From NCBI RefSeq assembly GCF_048593235.1, contig NC_133619.1, positions 642,484,558 to 642,548,557 on the forward strand: a stretch of 64,000 nucleotides of DNA. The letters run 5' to 3'. Under the pieces are notes generated by a model. That model searched no databases. It was not told the origin of the DNA and saw only the letters and a program-made list of their open reading frames with translations. This DNA is from Sminthopsis crassicaudata (lineage: Eukaryota). Positions 41,652 to 55,559 of this stretch are shown piece after piece. The position numbers and the translations under genes are program-made. Numbering within the stretch: the stretch's first letter is position 1; each line of letters begins with the position of its first letter.

Positions 41652-43979
41652 AGGACTCTGCCAGTGTCTTCTCTTCCTTGAGGGTGGGCCAGACCTTCAG
41701 ATGGCCCGTCCCCATCCTCGGGGGCCTCCCGGGGCTGGAGGTCCTGCCCGGCGTGGCCACGGAGATCCTGGAGCCTCTGCCGTGCATGGAAGGAGAGAGC
41801 CGGCATACAAAGCAGGTAAATTGTCAGGAGGAGAATCGGAAAGCGGTCCTCGAGGCTGGGTGCTAGCTGCCGGGACCAGTGCGCGGTAGGAAGCTGAGGG
41901 TCTCGGGGAGGGGGGGGCCACAATCCCGCGCACGGCTTCGGACTTGGCTGTTAAGTAAATAAACCCATGTTTGGTTGACAAATCTGGCTCCTGAGATCGG
42001 CCCGGCCAGCTGGCTGCCACATAGCAGGGCAGAGAAAAGCCGCAGGGGATCTGAGGGCCCCCCGAGCAAGCAGCAGGCGAGGCTGCAGCAAAGGCCCTGT
42101 GGCGGGCTCTGGGCACACCGGGGCTTGGTCTGATGGGAGGGAAAGCCGAGGGTATGAATCATGACGGCCGCCACCAGGAAGAGGGTCGGCAAGGTCCGAG
42201 GAAAACGTGGGAGAGTGGAGGGGAAGGCTTTGGGGAGGAGCTGGCGCCTGAGCTCAGGAAAGGATGGCAGACAAAGGGTTGGGTTCCCAAGACGGGGTCC
42301 CACCATGAGCCAGGGCTGTGGTCCAGCAGAGGAGGAGGGGGAACAGTCCCTGTTCTTTGCACTACTGACCGACCTGAGAGCCAGAAGAGCCAATGGGAGC
42401 CGAAGGACTCCTTCCCTGTGAGGATGGACTGCGGCGGCCGTGTCCGAGATTATTCTGCTTGTCTCCACAGGGAGGGAAGAATGGCAGTGAGCCAGGAGCC
42501 CCGGAGGAGAGGTCGCCACCACTTGTGAGGTCACTGCAGCCTGAAGCTCCCCGAGGGCCTCCGACTTATTTTTGGTTCCTCCACATCGTAGTTTTCCTGT
42601 GTCCAGGGTCAATGAAAAGAGATAGGAATGGAGGGTAAAAAGCCATCAGCTTGGTACTGACCAAGAAACAGAGGGTGAGGGAGCCCAGCCGACAGGCAGG
42701 AGAGCATGTGAGAACGGCTGTTCCCCCTGTGACGGAGCATGGAGGGAGGGCAAGACGCCCCTGGCTCCCCAGAGTCCATCTCCCTCTCAGTCTTGAGCCT
42801 CCTTTGATCTTCATCGCTGCCGACCCGTCTTGGCCATCGCGGCCCTGATGTCTCCCAGGCTCCCTCCTCAGTTCTTCCTGCTCCTCCTCTCGCACTTATT
42901 TCGGTGTCGTTGCTGCTCTGCCTCCTCAATGTGACTCTCTCGCCTGAAGCAGCCCCTTAATTGGGGGATGGATGGGGAAAGGGAGATGGTGGGAGAAATA
43001 TAGCCCAAGTCCCATGACATAGCCCTAACCAGGTTGATCTCTTGCCCCTCAGAATCTTTACTTTGTTGCTCAGTTGTCACCCTTGGGTCTGACTCTGTGA
43101 CCCCATTTGGGATTTCTTGGCAGAGATCTTGGAATGTCCAGCTCATTTTAGAAATGAGGAAACGGAGGCAGAGGGGCTTAAGTGACAGCTAGAAGGGCTC
43201 TGAGGCCGGATTTGAACTCACAAAGGGAAGTCTCTGGCCCTGCACACTGTGGCACCGCCGCGCTGCCCAGAAATCCCTGATTCTTCTAGGTTAAAATACA
43301 GACAGCCTCCATTTCGGGGCTTGAAGCGCTGAGACTGAGCAGCCACAAAACCCAGGAGAGAGTGAGTCTCTGCATCCCCAGTGCCTACCCCAGTGCTCAG
43401 ATAGCGTATGCAGAATTAAATGGCATCTCCTTCCAGTCTTTTAAAGTGAATTGTTTTTAGATAGTAAAAATAAGCCTTCTCTCCTTCCTTTCTCCTCCCT
43501 CTGAAATGAGAGAGTAAGAAAATAAAATGCCTGTGTGAACACACAGAAGAAAGCCTGCGTCTGTCCTCGGAGGTCTGTAGTCGTCTGCACTCTTAGGGAG
43601 TCACTGGCTGATTACCATGAGTTCCTAAATTTTTCAAAGCCGTTTTGCCTTCAGTGCTCTCCTGGATACGTTCACTTCCCTTGGTCTCTGTCCCTACACG
43701 TCTTACCAAGTCTTCCTGAAACCCACTGAGTATTCCTTCCAGTATAATGGTATCCTGTCACATTTACCCACCACAACGTTTCTCGCCAGTCCCCTCGATC
43801 TCCAGTTCTTTGCTCCTACTGGCTACATATTTTGGTACATCATTAGGACTTAGCTTGGGACTGAGCCCTTCCTTAAATTGCCCTCTCATCTCCCCTCCTT
43901 CATGCCTTTTGTTCTTTTTAGATCATCAAGACTTAACTCCTCAGAAGCCCTTTATCTAACTGGATTCTGTAACTCCTGG

Positions 43980-44950
43980 GACACACGTGGATCTCCTCTC
44001 CATTTTAGATAGTAAGCCATTTATCTTTGTGTCGTCCCTTATGATTGCACAATCATTTCTCTTGATTCCTGTGTTTGTGCTTCAGAGTTTCTACACATCT
44101 CTGTTCTTTTATTCATAATTCTTGGACCTGTTTTCCCCCCGGTAGAATCAGACTCAGATTTTCTGTGTGAGTTATTCTTCATTTGTAAATCAACATTGTA
44201 CGTCTTCTGGATATTGGATCCAAATTTTTTACTCTTTATAGTGATGCCTGATAAATCAGGTGTAATCCTAAGTATGGCTCCTTGACATTTGAATGCTTTC
44301 TTTCTGGCTTCTTGTGGTTTTTTTCCTTGACTTAGAAACTGGATTTTGGCTACAATGTGCTTTGGAGTTTTCATTTTGGAATTTCTTCCAGATGATGATA
44401 GGTAGATTCTGTTTCTATTTTGCCTTCTATTTCTAAGCGATTTTATGATTTCTTGAAATATGATTTCTAGCTTGTTTTTTGGGGTCATGACTTTCAGGTA
44501 GTCTAATAAATCTTAGATTTTTCTCTCCTGAATATGTTTTCCAGGTCAGTCATTTTTGCTATAACAAAACTTAATTTTTTCTGTTTTTTCAGTCTTTGAT
44601 TTTATTTTGATAATTCTCACCATCTTATCCCTTATTGTTAGTTTTTAGTTGACTCATTCTAACTTTCAGGGAGTTTGATACTTGGGCAAGATATTGCCCT
44701 TTTTGTGCCAAACCATTAATTCCCTCTCCAGTTATGATTTTTTTTTCCTTAGCTCTCATTTCTTTTTCAATGTTTTCCTTTCCTTTAGAACTTTCATTTA
44801 TAAAAAAAATTTTAAACTCATTTTAAAAAGCCTTGATTTTTCTCTTCCAGTAATTCTAGTTGAACTTGTGTCTAAGCTGTGTTTTTCTTTGAAGCTTTGC
44901 TATAGATGTTTTGGATCCCCTCCTTTTGGGTTTGTGTCTTGATCATCCCA
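43980..44950 (-). mobile_element. LINE-1 ORF1 remnant
   Basis: ORF 44039..44488: LEIIFQEIIK...KTPKHIVAK...EARKKAFKCQGAILRITPDLS (L1 ORF1p RRM/CTD-like). Confidence 0.8.
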
Positions 44951-45099
44951 GTCACCGTAATAGCTCTTTATGGTGGGATTCTTGGAGCTGACTTTGGGCT
45001 TTGTTTAGGGCCAAGCCCCACGCACTTCTGGTTGACCTATATGGTCTTGCTGCTGCTTTCTTGGGGTTGTTTGTCCTTTGTTTTTAAAGAAGATCGATA

Positions 45100-46140
45100 T
45101 GAGCAGACATTTTTCAGATGAAGAAATTGAAATCATTTCTAGTCATATGAAAAGGGTCTCTAAATCACTGTTGATCAGAGAAATGAAAATTTAGACAACT
45201 CTTGAGATACCACTGCACACCTGTCAGATTGGCTAAGATGACAGGAAAAGATAGTGACGAATGTTGGAGGGGATGTGGGAAAACTGGGACACTGATACAT
45301 TGTTGGTGAAACTGTGCATGGATCTAACCGATACATTGTTGGTGAAACTGTGCATGGATCTAACCATTCTGGAGAGCAATTTGGAACTATGCTCAAAAAG
45401 TTATCAAACTGTGCATACCCTTTGATTCAGCAGTGTTCCTACTAGGCTTATATCCCAAAGAGATTTTAAAGGAGGAAAAGGGACCCACATGTGTAAAAAT
45501 ATTTGTGGCAGTCCTCTTTGTAGTGGCAAGAAATTGGAAACTGAGTGGATGCCCATCGATTAGAGAATGGCTGAATAAATTATGGAATATTATTGTTTTG
45601 CAAGAAACGACCAGCAGGATGATTTCAGAAAGGCCTGGAGAGACTCACATGAACTGATACTGAGTGAAATGAGCAGAACCAAGAGATCATTATACACAGC
45701 AACAACAAGGTTATATGATAATCAGTTCTGATGGCCGTGGCTCTGAGACGATTTTCATACCAGTTCCACTTGGTCAGTGATGAAGAGAACCATCTACTCC
45801 CACAGAGAGAACCATGGGAACTGAATGTGGACCACAACATAGCACTCTCACTCTTTCTGTTGTTGTTTGCTTGCATTTTGTTTCCTCATTTTTTTTTTCC
45901 TTGTGGTCTGATTTTTCTTGTGCAGTGAGATAATTGTATATGTTTACATATATTGGATTTAACTTATATATTTTTTAATATGTTTGACATATATTAGATT
46001 ACTTGCCATCTAGAGGAGGAAGTGGGGGGGGCAAGGGAGAAAATTTGGAACGTAAGGTTTTGCAAGGGTGAATGTTGAAAATTATCCTTGCATATGTTTT
46101 GAAAATAAAAAGCTTTAATTTAAAAAAATAAAATAAAAAG
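45100..46140 (+). mobile_element. LINE-1 3' end containing a perfect 36-bp tandem duplication (45294-45365)
   Basis: ORF2 C-terminal remnant LLGLYPKEILK...TCVKIFVAVLFVVARNWK, then a 3' UTR and A-tail. Confidence 0.85.
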
Positions 46141-48059
46141 AGGACCAATGGCATCATGAAGTGATTTGTGTTTGAATCGTATTTAAGTGAGGTTGAGTTA
46201 CAAAAAGTTGTCAGCCTCGCTTTCTTTTCCTGAGTCATCAGATTCTGGTGGCAAAGAACAGGGGGAGCCTGCTGGCAGTGGCCCAGGACGCAGTGAGGAC
46301 CTTGATATCCTCAGCATCCGAGCGAGCGCTGAGCCCTCTGATGCGCTGCTTCATGGCTGTTTGGACACGTGGCTCTCCTCTGCCCACGCTCCTGGGGAGA
46401 AGTCTCCCACGCTTGGGGCGATCATTTGGATCACTTGCTGGGATGATTTTCTTGGGCATGGCTGCTGAGTGCACTGGAGCTTCTTGGAGCCACAGCCATG
46501 GTGGAGGAACCGTCCTGAAAAGGGCTTGGCAAGGCCTCACACTGGAGGTGCTGGCCCACTGAACCCCTCAGGGCAGCTCGTTCTGGAGAAGTTGCTTTTG
46601 GTCTGAGCAGCACACCTGTGGGCTTGTGCCTATATGGAGCCCCAGTACACTGCTGCTGGACTTAGCCTTTTCAACCCAACTGGGAAGTTCTGCTGGGATG
46701 GTTCTGAGGGATAGAACTACAGACTCCCCTTTGATTTGAGATTCCTACAGGCTTTAGACTGGACTGGAAGTTGGAACTGAGGCTCCTGCTCTGCTTCTGG
46801 AATTAGCTTCTGGACCAGCGTCTTGCTTAGGACCCAAGCTAGACACCAGGATTGCTTCTTAGTCCAGCACCCCTGATTTGGTACAGATCCCCGGGTAATG
46901 AGTGACAGCTCCTGCACCCTGCACCAGTTTAGCGTCTGGAACTTTCTCAGCTGTCCTTGGGCAGAACACCACCTTGGTTCATCTCGATGCAGACAGACCT
47001 GAGCTAAAGAAATGGACTCACTGGGTTTTTTTGCTCCTGGATTGCTCTGTCAGTGTTTTCTAGATCTCTGTAGAGGTGTGGAAAGCTCCTCAAGGCTCTT
47101 TCCACTGGCTCACATCTGAATCTTAAGACTTGTGAAGTTGGACTTTTTGAATCTAAGAATCTATTTCTATTAAATTTCATTGTATTAGGATTTGCCTAAT
47201 ATTGTCATTTGTCTTTTTGGATCCCGATTCTGTAACTTCACTTTTTTTTTTTTTTTATTATATAGTGTTTTATTTTTTCAAATACAAGCAAAGATAATTT
47301 TCAACATTCAATTTCATCTTAAGCATCAGAGAATTATAAATAGATTCCAAGTTGAAATTGAGCCCCTTAAAAAAAGGGGGAGATATAATCTGGCCTGTGT
47401 TTTTAAGAATGTCCTGTTGATAGTTGCATAGAATAGTGAGATCAAACTCCAATAGAAACAGAGGCTACTAAGCCATGGATAAGGGTCCCTTCAGGTCATA
47501 TTTTGACTTAAACCATACATATTTATTTTATTCTTTATTAAAACATCGATGCATTAAAATATGAAAAAGAAAAAAGTGAGCCCCTAATAACTATTCAACC
47601 TATTCCAAATCCACTCAAATCTATCAAAGTCTGAGGGAAATTAGGTTTTCCTGCCTTTCTCTTTTTTTTTGTCAAAAAGCCCAAGATGGCAGAATTTCAG
47701 CCTCATCTTTTTGTTTTGAAATGCCGCTGTCTGCCGCCTTGATTCCACCTCAGCACAAAGGACGCTTTAGCCAGGCAGAAGGAAATGCAAGGCCTGTGTC
47801 GGGATGCACCTCATCCCCCTCCCCCTCATGGCCTGTTCCTCCTCTGCTTCCAGGGGGACATCCATCCCAGTCTTCCTCTATCTACATGCTGGCATGGTGG
47901 GCCAGCTTCTTGAGTCTCTGGGTGATCCCTCATCTTCAAGGGGCCTGGAACCTCCACCCCTCAACATCCCTTCTCCCCTCATTCATGAGAAGCAGATACA
48001 GCTGGGACGTGAGACCTCTGAAACATACCTGCCAGAAAGCCCTTCAGAGCCATCTGGAC

Positions 48060-49230
48060 AGTGTGTGTCCAAGTCGAGCTTTCTGCATGCGCCCACGTGC
48101 ATGCACACACACATGCGCACACACAGAGCAATGCACACACATGCACATACCAATGCGTGCACAGTGTACATATACATGTACGCATGCACAGCAATGCACA
48201 CACTATACATATATATACCCACATACACATGCGCACACACAGAGCAATGCACACACATGCACATACCAATGCGTGCACAGTGTACATATACATGTATGCA
48301 TGCACAGCAATGCACACACTATACATATATATACCCACATACACATGCGCACATATACAGCAAGGCACACACATGAACATACCAATGCGTGCACAGTGTA
48401 CATATACATGTACGCATGCACAGCAATGCACACAGTATACATATATATACCCACATACACATGCGCACACACAGAGCAATGCACACACATGCACATACCA
48501 ATGTGTGCACAGTGTACATATACATGTATGCATGCACAGCAATGCACACACTATACATATATATACCCACATACACATGCGCACACATACAGCAAGGCAC
48601 ACACATGAACATACCAATACGTGCACATGCAGTGTACATACACATGCCCACATGCACAGCAATGCACACAATATACATACACATGTGCACACAGACAGCA
48701 GTGCATACACATGCACATACCAATACATGCACACACAGTGTACATACACATACCCACATGCACACACACACAGCAATGCACACAGTATACATATACATGT
48801 GCACACATAAAGCAATGCACACACATGCACATACCAATACGTGCACACACAGTGTACATACAGATACTCACATACACGCACACACAGCAATGCACACAGT
48901 ATACACACATACACATGTGCGCACACAGCAATGCACACATGCACATACCAATACATGCACACAGAGTGTACATACACATACCCACATGCACACACAAATG
49001 CGCAGTGTACATACATGCACCCATGTGCTTGCACATGCACATAGCAATGTACACATAACATTGTAATACATGCACATGCACACACACAAAAGGCACACAT
49101 GTGCATATCCCTACACAGAGACACATGTGTTCAATGCATGCACACAGCAATGCACAAAGCACACATATGCATGGGTACAGCAATGCATACATGTGTGCAC
49201 ACATCACACAATACACATGTACATGCACAC
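48060..49230. repeat. Alternating purine-pyrimidine (CA/TA-rich) compound repeat, 116-bp unit with alternating variants
   Basis: agagcaat/acagcaag anchors at 48125, 48241, 48357, 48473 and 48589, degenerating towards 49230. Confidence 0.9.
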
Positions 49231-50669
49231 TGTCTCTGCTGAAAGCAGGGACTGTCCCACGTGTGTCTTTGGATGTCTCTTCGGTGCTTGGCCCAAAGCC
49301 AGCAGGTACTGAAAGGCTTTTTCTGTCATCCATTTGCAGCCTTTTATGCCTCTGACCATACACACACCCTGGTCCCTTCTGACGGCTTGCTGTAATCTCC
49401 ATCCCCCTGACCCTTCTCCTTGCCTGGCTCCACCCTTCATGCCCAGTACCTTATGTAACCCCACTCCAAAGCTCTCCCTCCATCCCCCAGACATCCTCAA
49501 TCTCCTGCCTTCAGGACTTCCTGTCACAGGGAAATCCAAGGGGAAACACCTTGATTGATCTCCAGAAATGGGCAGTGTGGCAGGGTACAGGCACACTGGA
49601 TGTCTGCACTTGGACCCCCATTCCCATGAGAGCGTGAGCTCCCTGCATGTATTCCCAGTGCTTAACAGGTCCTGACTCTAACCCTAAATGCACGCCTGGC
49701 GTATAGCATGGATCCCTAATTCATGCTTCCCTCACTACTAGTCCTGGCGTGCAGAGTTGGCCATGGTCATTGCCCAAGGGCCACCAGCCTGCCAAAGAGC
49801 CTCTCTGTACCTGATGGATGGACGGCGTCGGCTGCAGGGCCAGTGTGGCTACTGCACCGACATGTGCCCTTTGAGATCCCGAGGTTCCCTCTGTACCCTT
49901 TGGTCCCCCAACATAGAACCAGGGAGGAATTCCATCATCAAGGAAATGGATGCTAGTGTAGGAACCCAGCTTGCACTTGGATCCAGAAGGCAACCAGTGA
50001 TGTGGTTGGTCTTTGGATCCTCACTCCTAAGCCCCCACTGGTGTGCTGCTTATAAACAGTCAACCAGGAGGCGCAACTCTGTAAAACCATGACGGGCAGG
50101 CTCTGGCATCTGAAGGGAGAGTGGGTTCAGACTTACCCTTAAGCTGAGGAGCTCCAGGGATGACCAAAGCAAGTCCTTACTCTGGCACGGTGGAGCCTGG
50201 GAGGCCGACTTCCGCTTGCCTGCCGCTGCTGGGGTTCTCTTGAATCCAGAGCCGGGCCTAGCCCCTTGCAGCTGCTTCCAACCCCACGTGACTTGTGTGT
50301 CCCCCAAGTGTCCTGGCTGGTGGGGTGGGAGGGAATTCTGGGTCTCTGCACTAAGAGACCAGCAGAGCTCTATTCCCTGACAGAACTTGCCTCTGGGGTG
50401 CTTTTTGGTTTCTAGGATCTTTTCGGTCTTGCTCCACTCCTTGTGACCCCGTTTGGGGTTTTCTTGATGATTGGCCATTTCCTCCTCCCTCTCCTTTTGC
50501 AGATGAGGAAACTGAGGCAAACCGGGACCCAGTTTGCCCAGCTCGCATTGAACTTCCGGACTCCAAGCCCAAGGAAGCTCTGCACAAAGTTCTGCGCTGG
50601 GGGTCACTTGGCAGGTGGACAATATGGGGGGAGGGCCGAGTAGCCGAAGTCAGGGCAGGAGGCCATCCC

Positions 50670-51400
50670 TTCAAGCCGAACTACATCTCCCATCAGTCAC
50701 TGGGCCCGAGCGGCACACACACGCTGTGGCCTCCCAACTTAAAAATGCGTTGCCATAGAGACGAGTCATGGGGCGAGGACAAAGCTCCCGGAAGTGACGC
50801 GAGGGATCGGAAGTGCCCGATCCTCCGGTCCGGGGCGCGGGGTCACTGTCCGTTCGCGACGGCGGCGGACCTCCGTGCGACGTCTCCGGAGGCGGTGAGT
50901 CCAGTGTCGGGACCTGGGGAGGCTGGGCCTGACAGCGGGGCCAGGAAGGGGCCCAAGTAGCGGAGGTCTCCGTGGAGGCCGCTGGGAATTGGAGTCCTGA
51001 GGGTGATGCCCTCCCCCGGGTTGGTTCTCACACCAGGTGAGGGCGGGGGAGGAGGAGGTCCTAGGACCCTGGGAGCCGGGGGCGTGACGTCACCTCCGGC
51101 ACCAGGGCCTCTGCTCGCGCGCCCCCTGGCGCCGGAAGGCGCTTTAGACTCTTATTCAGCCCTAGCCTCGCTCCCCACGTGGCCGCCAGGTGGCGCCAGT
51201 CGGCACCCAGCCCTATCTAGGTGCCAGTCTAAGCACCCATTGTCCTGGACCTGAGAACCCCAAGAGGTCTCCTGACTGTGGGGTCGCTGTGCGGAGCGTC
51301 CCCTCCTGCCCCCGCCCTCGGGAGGTGAGGGCAGCCAGGAGAAGCGCCGGTCCGGCGTTGGCGGCCGCCGTCCCTGGGTTTCCGGGCTCCCGGATCCCAT
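50670..51400 (+). promoter_or_regulatory. CpG-island promoter and non-coding exon 1 of the SCAN-domain gene
   Basis: ACTACATCTCCCA (ZNF143/THAP11-like) near 50680, tandem ETS CGGAAGTG near 50789 and 50808, strong donor gtgagt at 50895. Confidence 0.7.
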
Positions 51401-53709
51401 TTGGGGTTTCTTTGGCAAAGGGACTGCAGGGTTGGCCATCTCCTTCCCGAGCCCAGCTTACAGATGAGGAAACTGAGGCAAATGGGGTGGGTGACTGGCC
51501 CGGGATCTCCCAGCTGAGGCGCCTCTGAGGGAGGGGCCCCTGGGGGCGCTGGGCAGGCGCTTAATAAATGTACAGAGCTTGAATGGGAGGAGAGGGCTGA
51601 GGCGGGAGGGGGGCCCCTGAGCACCCCCGCCCCAGTGGCCGATGGGAAACGATGAGGTGCTTGTCCTGGGGCAGACCCCCCATGGAGGAGTGGGGGGTAT
51701 CAGCAGAGGACGGCCCAGGTTTGGGGAGGGGAGGGCACTGTGGAGGAGGAAGCTTCTGAAGACCTGAGGCTGCCTGGGAAAAAGAAGCCCCACCCGGTGG
51801 TTCAGGTCCTCACATTCGGGAGCCGCGATGAAGCACCTAGTGTGTGCCCGGCGCGTCCACAAGCATTAAGTGCCGGCTCCTGGTACAGTCTGTCCACAAG
51901 TGTTTCCTAAAAGCATCCGCTTTGTGCCAGCTTCTAGGGTTACAAATACACTGTGTTCTCAAGAAGCAGAAACAATTAGACATTTGGCCCAAGGGCCTCC
52001 TTTCCTCCGCAATTAACACCCAGAAAACCCGGGTCCGGCCCCAGGCAGCACCACGGAGCCCCGGGTTACAGCGCGAGCGCTGCGGCTCGGCTCCCTCGCC
52101 TCGCAGCGCTTTCCACGGATGTCCTCACGGATAGCGAGACTGGTGCACGCAGTGCCAGAGCTAGCTCAGCGTTTGGGAGCCTCCGAAGGGAAGGGCGGGA
52201 GAGCAGAGGGATGAGACTGACCGCCCGACGGAAGAGCTACGGAAACCTGGCGCCGAGAAATCGCTTTGCTTCGTTTGAATGGTCTTGGCCGCAGATCGCC
52301 TGGCAGGAGAAGGTGACCCCCGCCGAGGTCCTTTCCTGCACAAACCGCCAAGCGTCCCACCTCCCTGCACAGCTCCCAGCCCCTCCCCCCCACACTGTGC
52401 CAAAGGCGATTATTTCCTGAAGAACTGGCACGTGGCGAGCACTCACAGGGTGGTCAGGAAAAGTGCGCAAGGACACTCTCAAGGGCTCTCTGAAGAACCT
52501 TAGGATCGATTGTGTGTCGTGGCGGGCCCTTGCCTGAGAAGGTGCCAGGCAGAAGAGCAAAGCAGAAGTGGAGCTGCACAGTAGAACGGCAGATGCACCA
52601 AGTTAGAGAAGCCAGCCGAATGTCTGTAAGGACTATTTGTGGGCGACCTGTGGCAGAGCATCCCCGGCTCTTACGGTCTGATTAGCCAGTCAGACCCTGT
52701 GGACCTCGACCCCGACACTGTGCTGTCATTTCGGTCCGGATCCTGATGTAGCGGTGCCATCTTTGTCCTCTTCGAGAGTGGCCTTTGATAAATGCAAACA
52801 AGAATTAGTTTGGCAGGAGGTTTAGAAAAGAAGTGTGTAGTAAATAAATGCAAATAATGACCTAGGACGAGAGGGCGTTCTAGATGGGGGTCATTGAATT
52901 CAGTTCCCTCCCATACAGCTGAGGAGATTCATGGACCTCCACCATCCAAGGCATTATTTGAATCCTGCCACAGAGTTAGGGAGAAAAACACTTCTCAAAC
53001 TTTTTAGTCCCTGGGTCCCTTTACACTCTTAAATAAAATTGAGGACTCTCCCTCAAAGAGCATTTGTTTGTGTGGGTTATGTCTGTCAGTATTGTAATTT
53101 TATGTATTACTCTCAAAATGGTTTGATCTCAAGGGTCTCAGAGACCCGTGTAGGCCCCAGCACTGAGGCACAAACACTTGGCGGGGGGATTCTGGAGGAA
53201 GAGAGATTCTTTGAGCTGGAGGTGAGGAGGGAAGGCTTTGCAGCATAGGCGTGGAGGTGGTCGAGGAGCCCTCTGTGTGTGAGGAGTGAGAAGGGTAGGA
53301 TGGGGAGGGAAGGCAGGAGGCTCAGGGGAGTGATTCGAATCAGTGGGAGCTTCTGGAAAATCACTTGGAAATCACTGGGCATTTATGAAATGCCTGCCTC
53401 GTGCCGGGCATTGCCAACCTTTGCTTTCAAGGACAGCACAAAATGCAGCTCAAAGCAGGGAGACGAGTCGGGAGGCTTTGGCAGAAATCCCAGAGAGGCT
53501 CCGAGGCCCGATGTGGCCTCTCAGGGGATGGAGAGTGGGGCTGTTACTAGAGTTCCAGAGTGGTGGGAGGGGACGAAAGGGAGAGGCCCTAGAGCCTCGA
53601 ATGCCAGACCAAACTTCTCTGGGAGGCACTAGGGAGCCAAGGCCCCTCCCTCACCAAGTGGCTGATGTCTGGTTTCTGCTCCCCTAGGCAGAATCCTGAG
53701 CCTTGGACC

Positions 53710-54115
53710 ATGGCTGTGGCCCCACACCCTCAGGGTCCCATTCCACAGGAGGAGGATGGGCTTCTGATTGTGAAGATCGAGGAGGAGGAAGGGAACCCTT
53801 GGGAGTCGCAGCTCCTCACGCAGAGGGCTGGAGAGACCCCCGAGCTGGTGGACCACCATCAGCGTTTCCGCGCTTTCCACTACCAGGAGGCAGCAGGGCC
53901 CCGTGAGGCGCTGAGCCGGCTCCGCGAGCTCTGCCACCAATGGCTGAGGCCAGAAATACGCACTAAGGAGCAGATTGTGGAGCTGCTTATTCTAGAGCAG
54001 TTCCTGAGCATTCTACCCCCGGAGACCAGGCCGTGGGTGGAGGCCCAGTGCCCTGGGAGTGGGGAGGAGGCTGTGGCCTTGGTGGAGGACTTGGCCCACA
54101 TGTTTCCTCACAGTG
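53710..54115 (+). CDS. SCAN-domain first coding exon (ZSCAN/ZKSCAN type)
   Basis: MAVAPHPQG...[13 protein letters not shown]...[51 protein letters not shown]...[12 protein letters not shown]. Acceptor at 53687/53688, strong Kozak accATGg, donor gtgagc at 54116 (phase 1). Confidence 0.93.
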
Positions 54116-55559
54116 GTGAGCACAGCTGGGCAGGGGAAGGCTAGGAGAAGGTGTGACGGGTGCCAGGACCTGCCAGGATCCTGCCTGGGAGCCCCGGCTC
54201 TTGGACTCATGCTGTGACTTGCATCCTGTTGGGGTTAGATCAGGGCTCACATCTCCCCTCAGATACCTGCTAGCTGGGGACCCTTTTAGCTTAGCTTCCT
54301 CAGCTATGAAATGGAATAATAGCATCCACCTCACGGGACAGGGGAGGATGGAGTCAGGCTGCATCAGAGTTAGCTATTTATCCTCGCCACCATCTTCATT
54401 GCCCTTCTTCTCCCTTTCCTCCTCCCCTCCTTCTCTTCTCTTCCTCTTCTTTTTCTCATTTTCTCCCTCATCCCCTCTTTCTTCCCCTTACCTTCCTCTT
54501 CTCCTTCTTCCTCTTCTGCCCCCTTCCTCCTTCTTTCCAAGGTGCCCCCGAAGGAGTCCCTTAGCTTAGGAAACTATAAGAGAAGAGTCATTGGGATTCA
54601 AGGCCGTGCCCTTGGCAGGAAAGGGAAGAGGACAAGTGCTTATTAGACGCCTGTTCTGGGCCAGGCACTTGACCAAGCTGATCCCTTGGGGTGGAAGCAA
54701 ATCACTTCAGAGCCTCCGATCCCATAAGGTGGACCTGCTTGGAGACCGGACCTGCAGGAAAGCCGCCGGCCTCCGTCCCTTGGAAAGCTCGTGCATTCTG
54801 GGTCTGGGCAGGATTCCTTCAACCCCAGCCTGCAGTGCAGCATTTCTGGAGACAGGGAACGTGTTACCTCACAGGGCTAGAAAGCTCAGCCTGCCTCTTC
54901 CTCCCTCCCCCTTGTGGCATTCACTGTATCAGAGCCTGGCTCTGTCCACTAGCAGCACCTCCTTTCCATAGTGGGGGTTCATTATGTCCAGAGCCTCTGG
55001 TTGTATTGGGGTCCGTGAGCATTTATGAGTCCTCATGGTGGACAGAGACCCAGGAACTTCTGCTTGAGCATCTCCAGGGATGGGGTAATGGTTAGGGTTC
55101 ACTCCCCCTCCCCCGCATTGGCCCTAGTTTGGCCCTCTGGGGTCAGACAGCACATTCCTCTCTCCCCCTCAGTGTGATTCTGCCTCTGACTCTGTCTCAC
55201 TTTTGCCTGCAGTGGGGCTATTGGGAGCCCATCTATGGTATAACAGGGAAGCCATTCAGTTCTAGAGGTGGATGGATCCCAAGGTCTTGTCTGCCAGTCC
55301 CCTGCATCAGCGTCCTCCAGGGAAGTGGGCTACAGGAAGATGTCTGCAGGCCGTTTCCATCCCAAAGCAGTCTTTGGACGAACTGCCACCTCTCCCTTCC
55401 GAACAAGGGGCGTCAATGCCCCCTCTGCCCTTCCCTCCTTCAGAGAGTGGGGCTCCAGAGCCAATGTCTCCTTTGTAGGGGAGTTCGGTGGACCTCCTTT
55501 GGCTCTGCCCATCTCTTGCCCCTGGAGACTGTGCTCAAGGTGGATGACCAGCTTGCTCA

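Noticed and set aside
39900-42000. An active autonomous Tigger transposon
   Set aside because: No TIRs or TA target duplications were seen. The ORF has a splice acceptor, a host CpG promoter, a poly(A) signal and a mutated catalytic triad.
43980-46140. A single 5'-inverted (twin-primed) L1
   Set aside because: The two pieces are ORF1 and the extreme 3' end, far apart in L1, so separate insertions are more likely.
47979-49402. Cys/His/Val-rich ORFs resembling metal-binding proteins
   Set aside because: They are translations of the CA/TG repeat and have no C2H2 spacing or splice structure.
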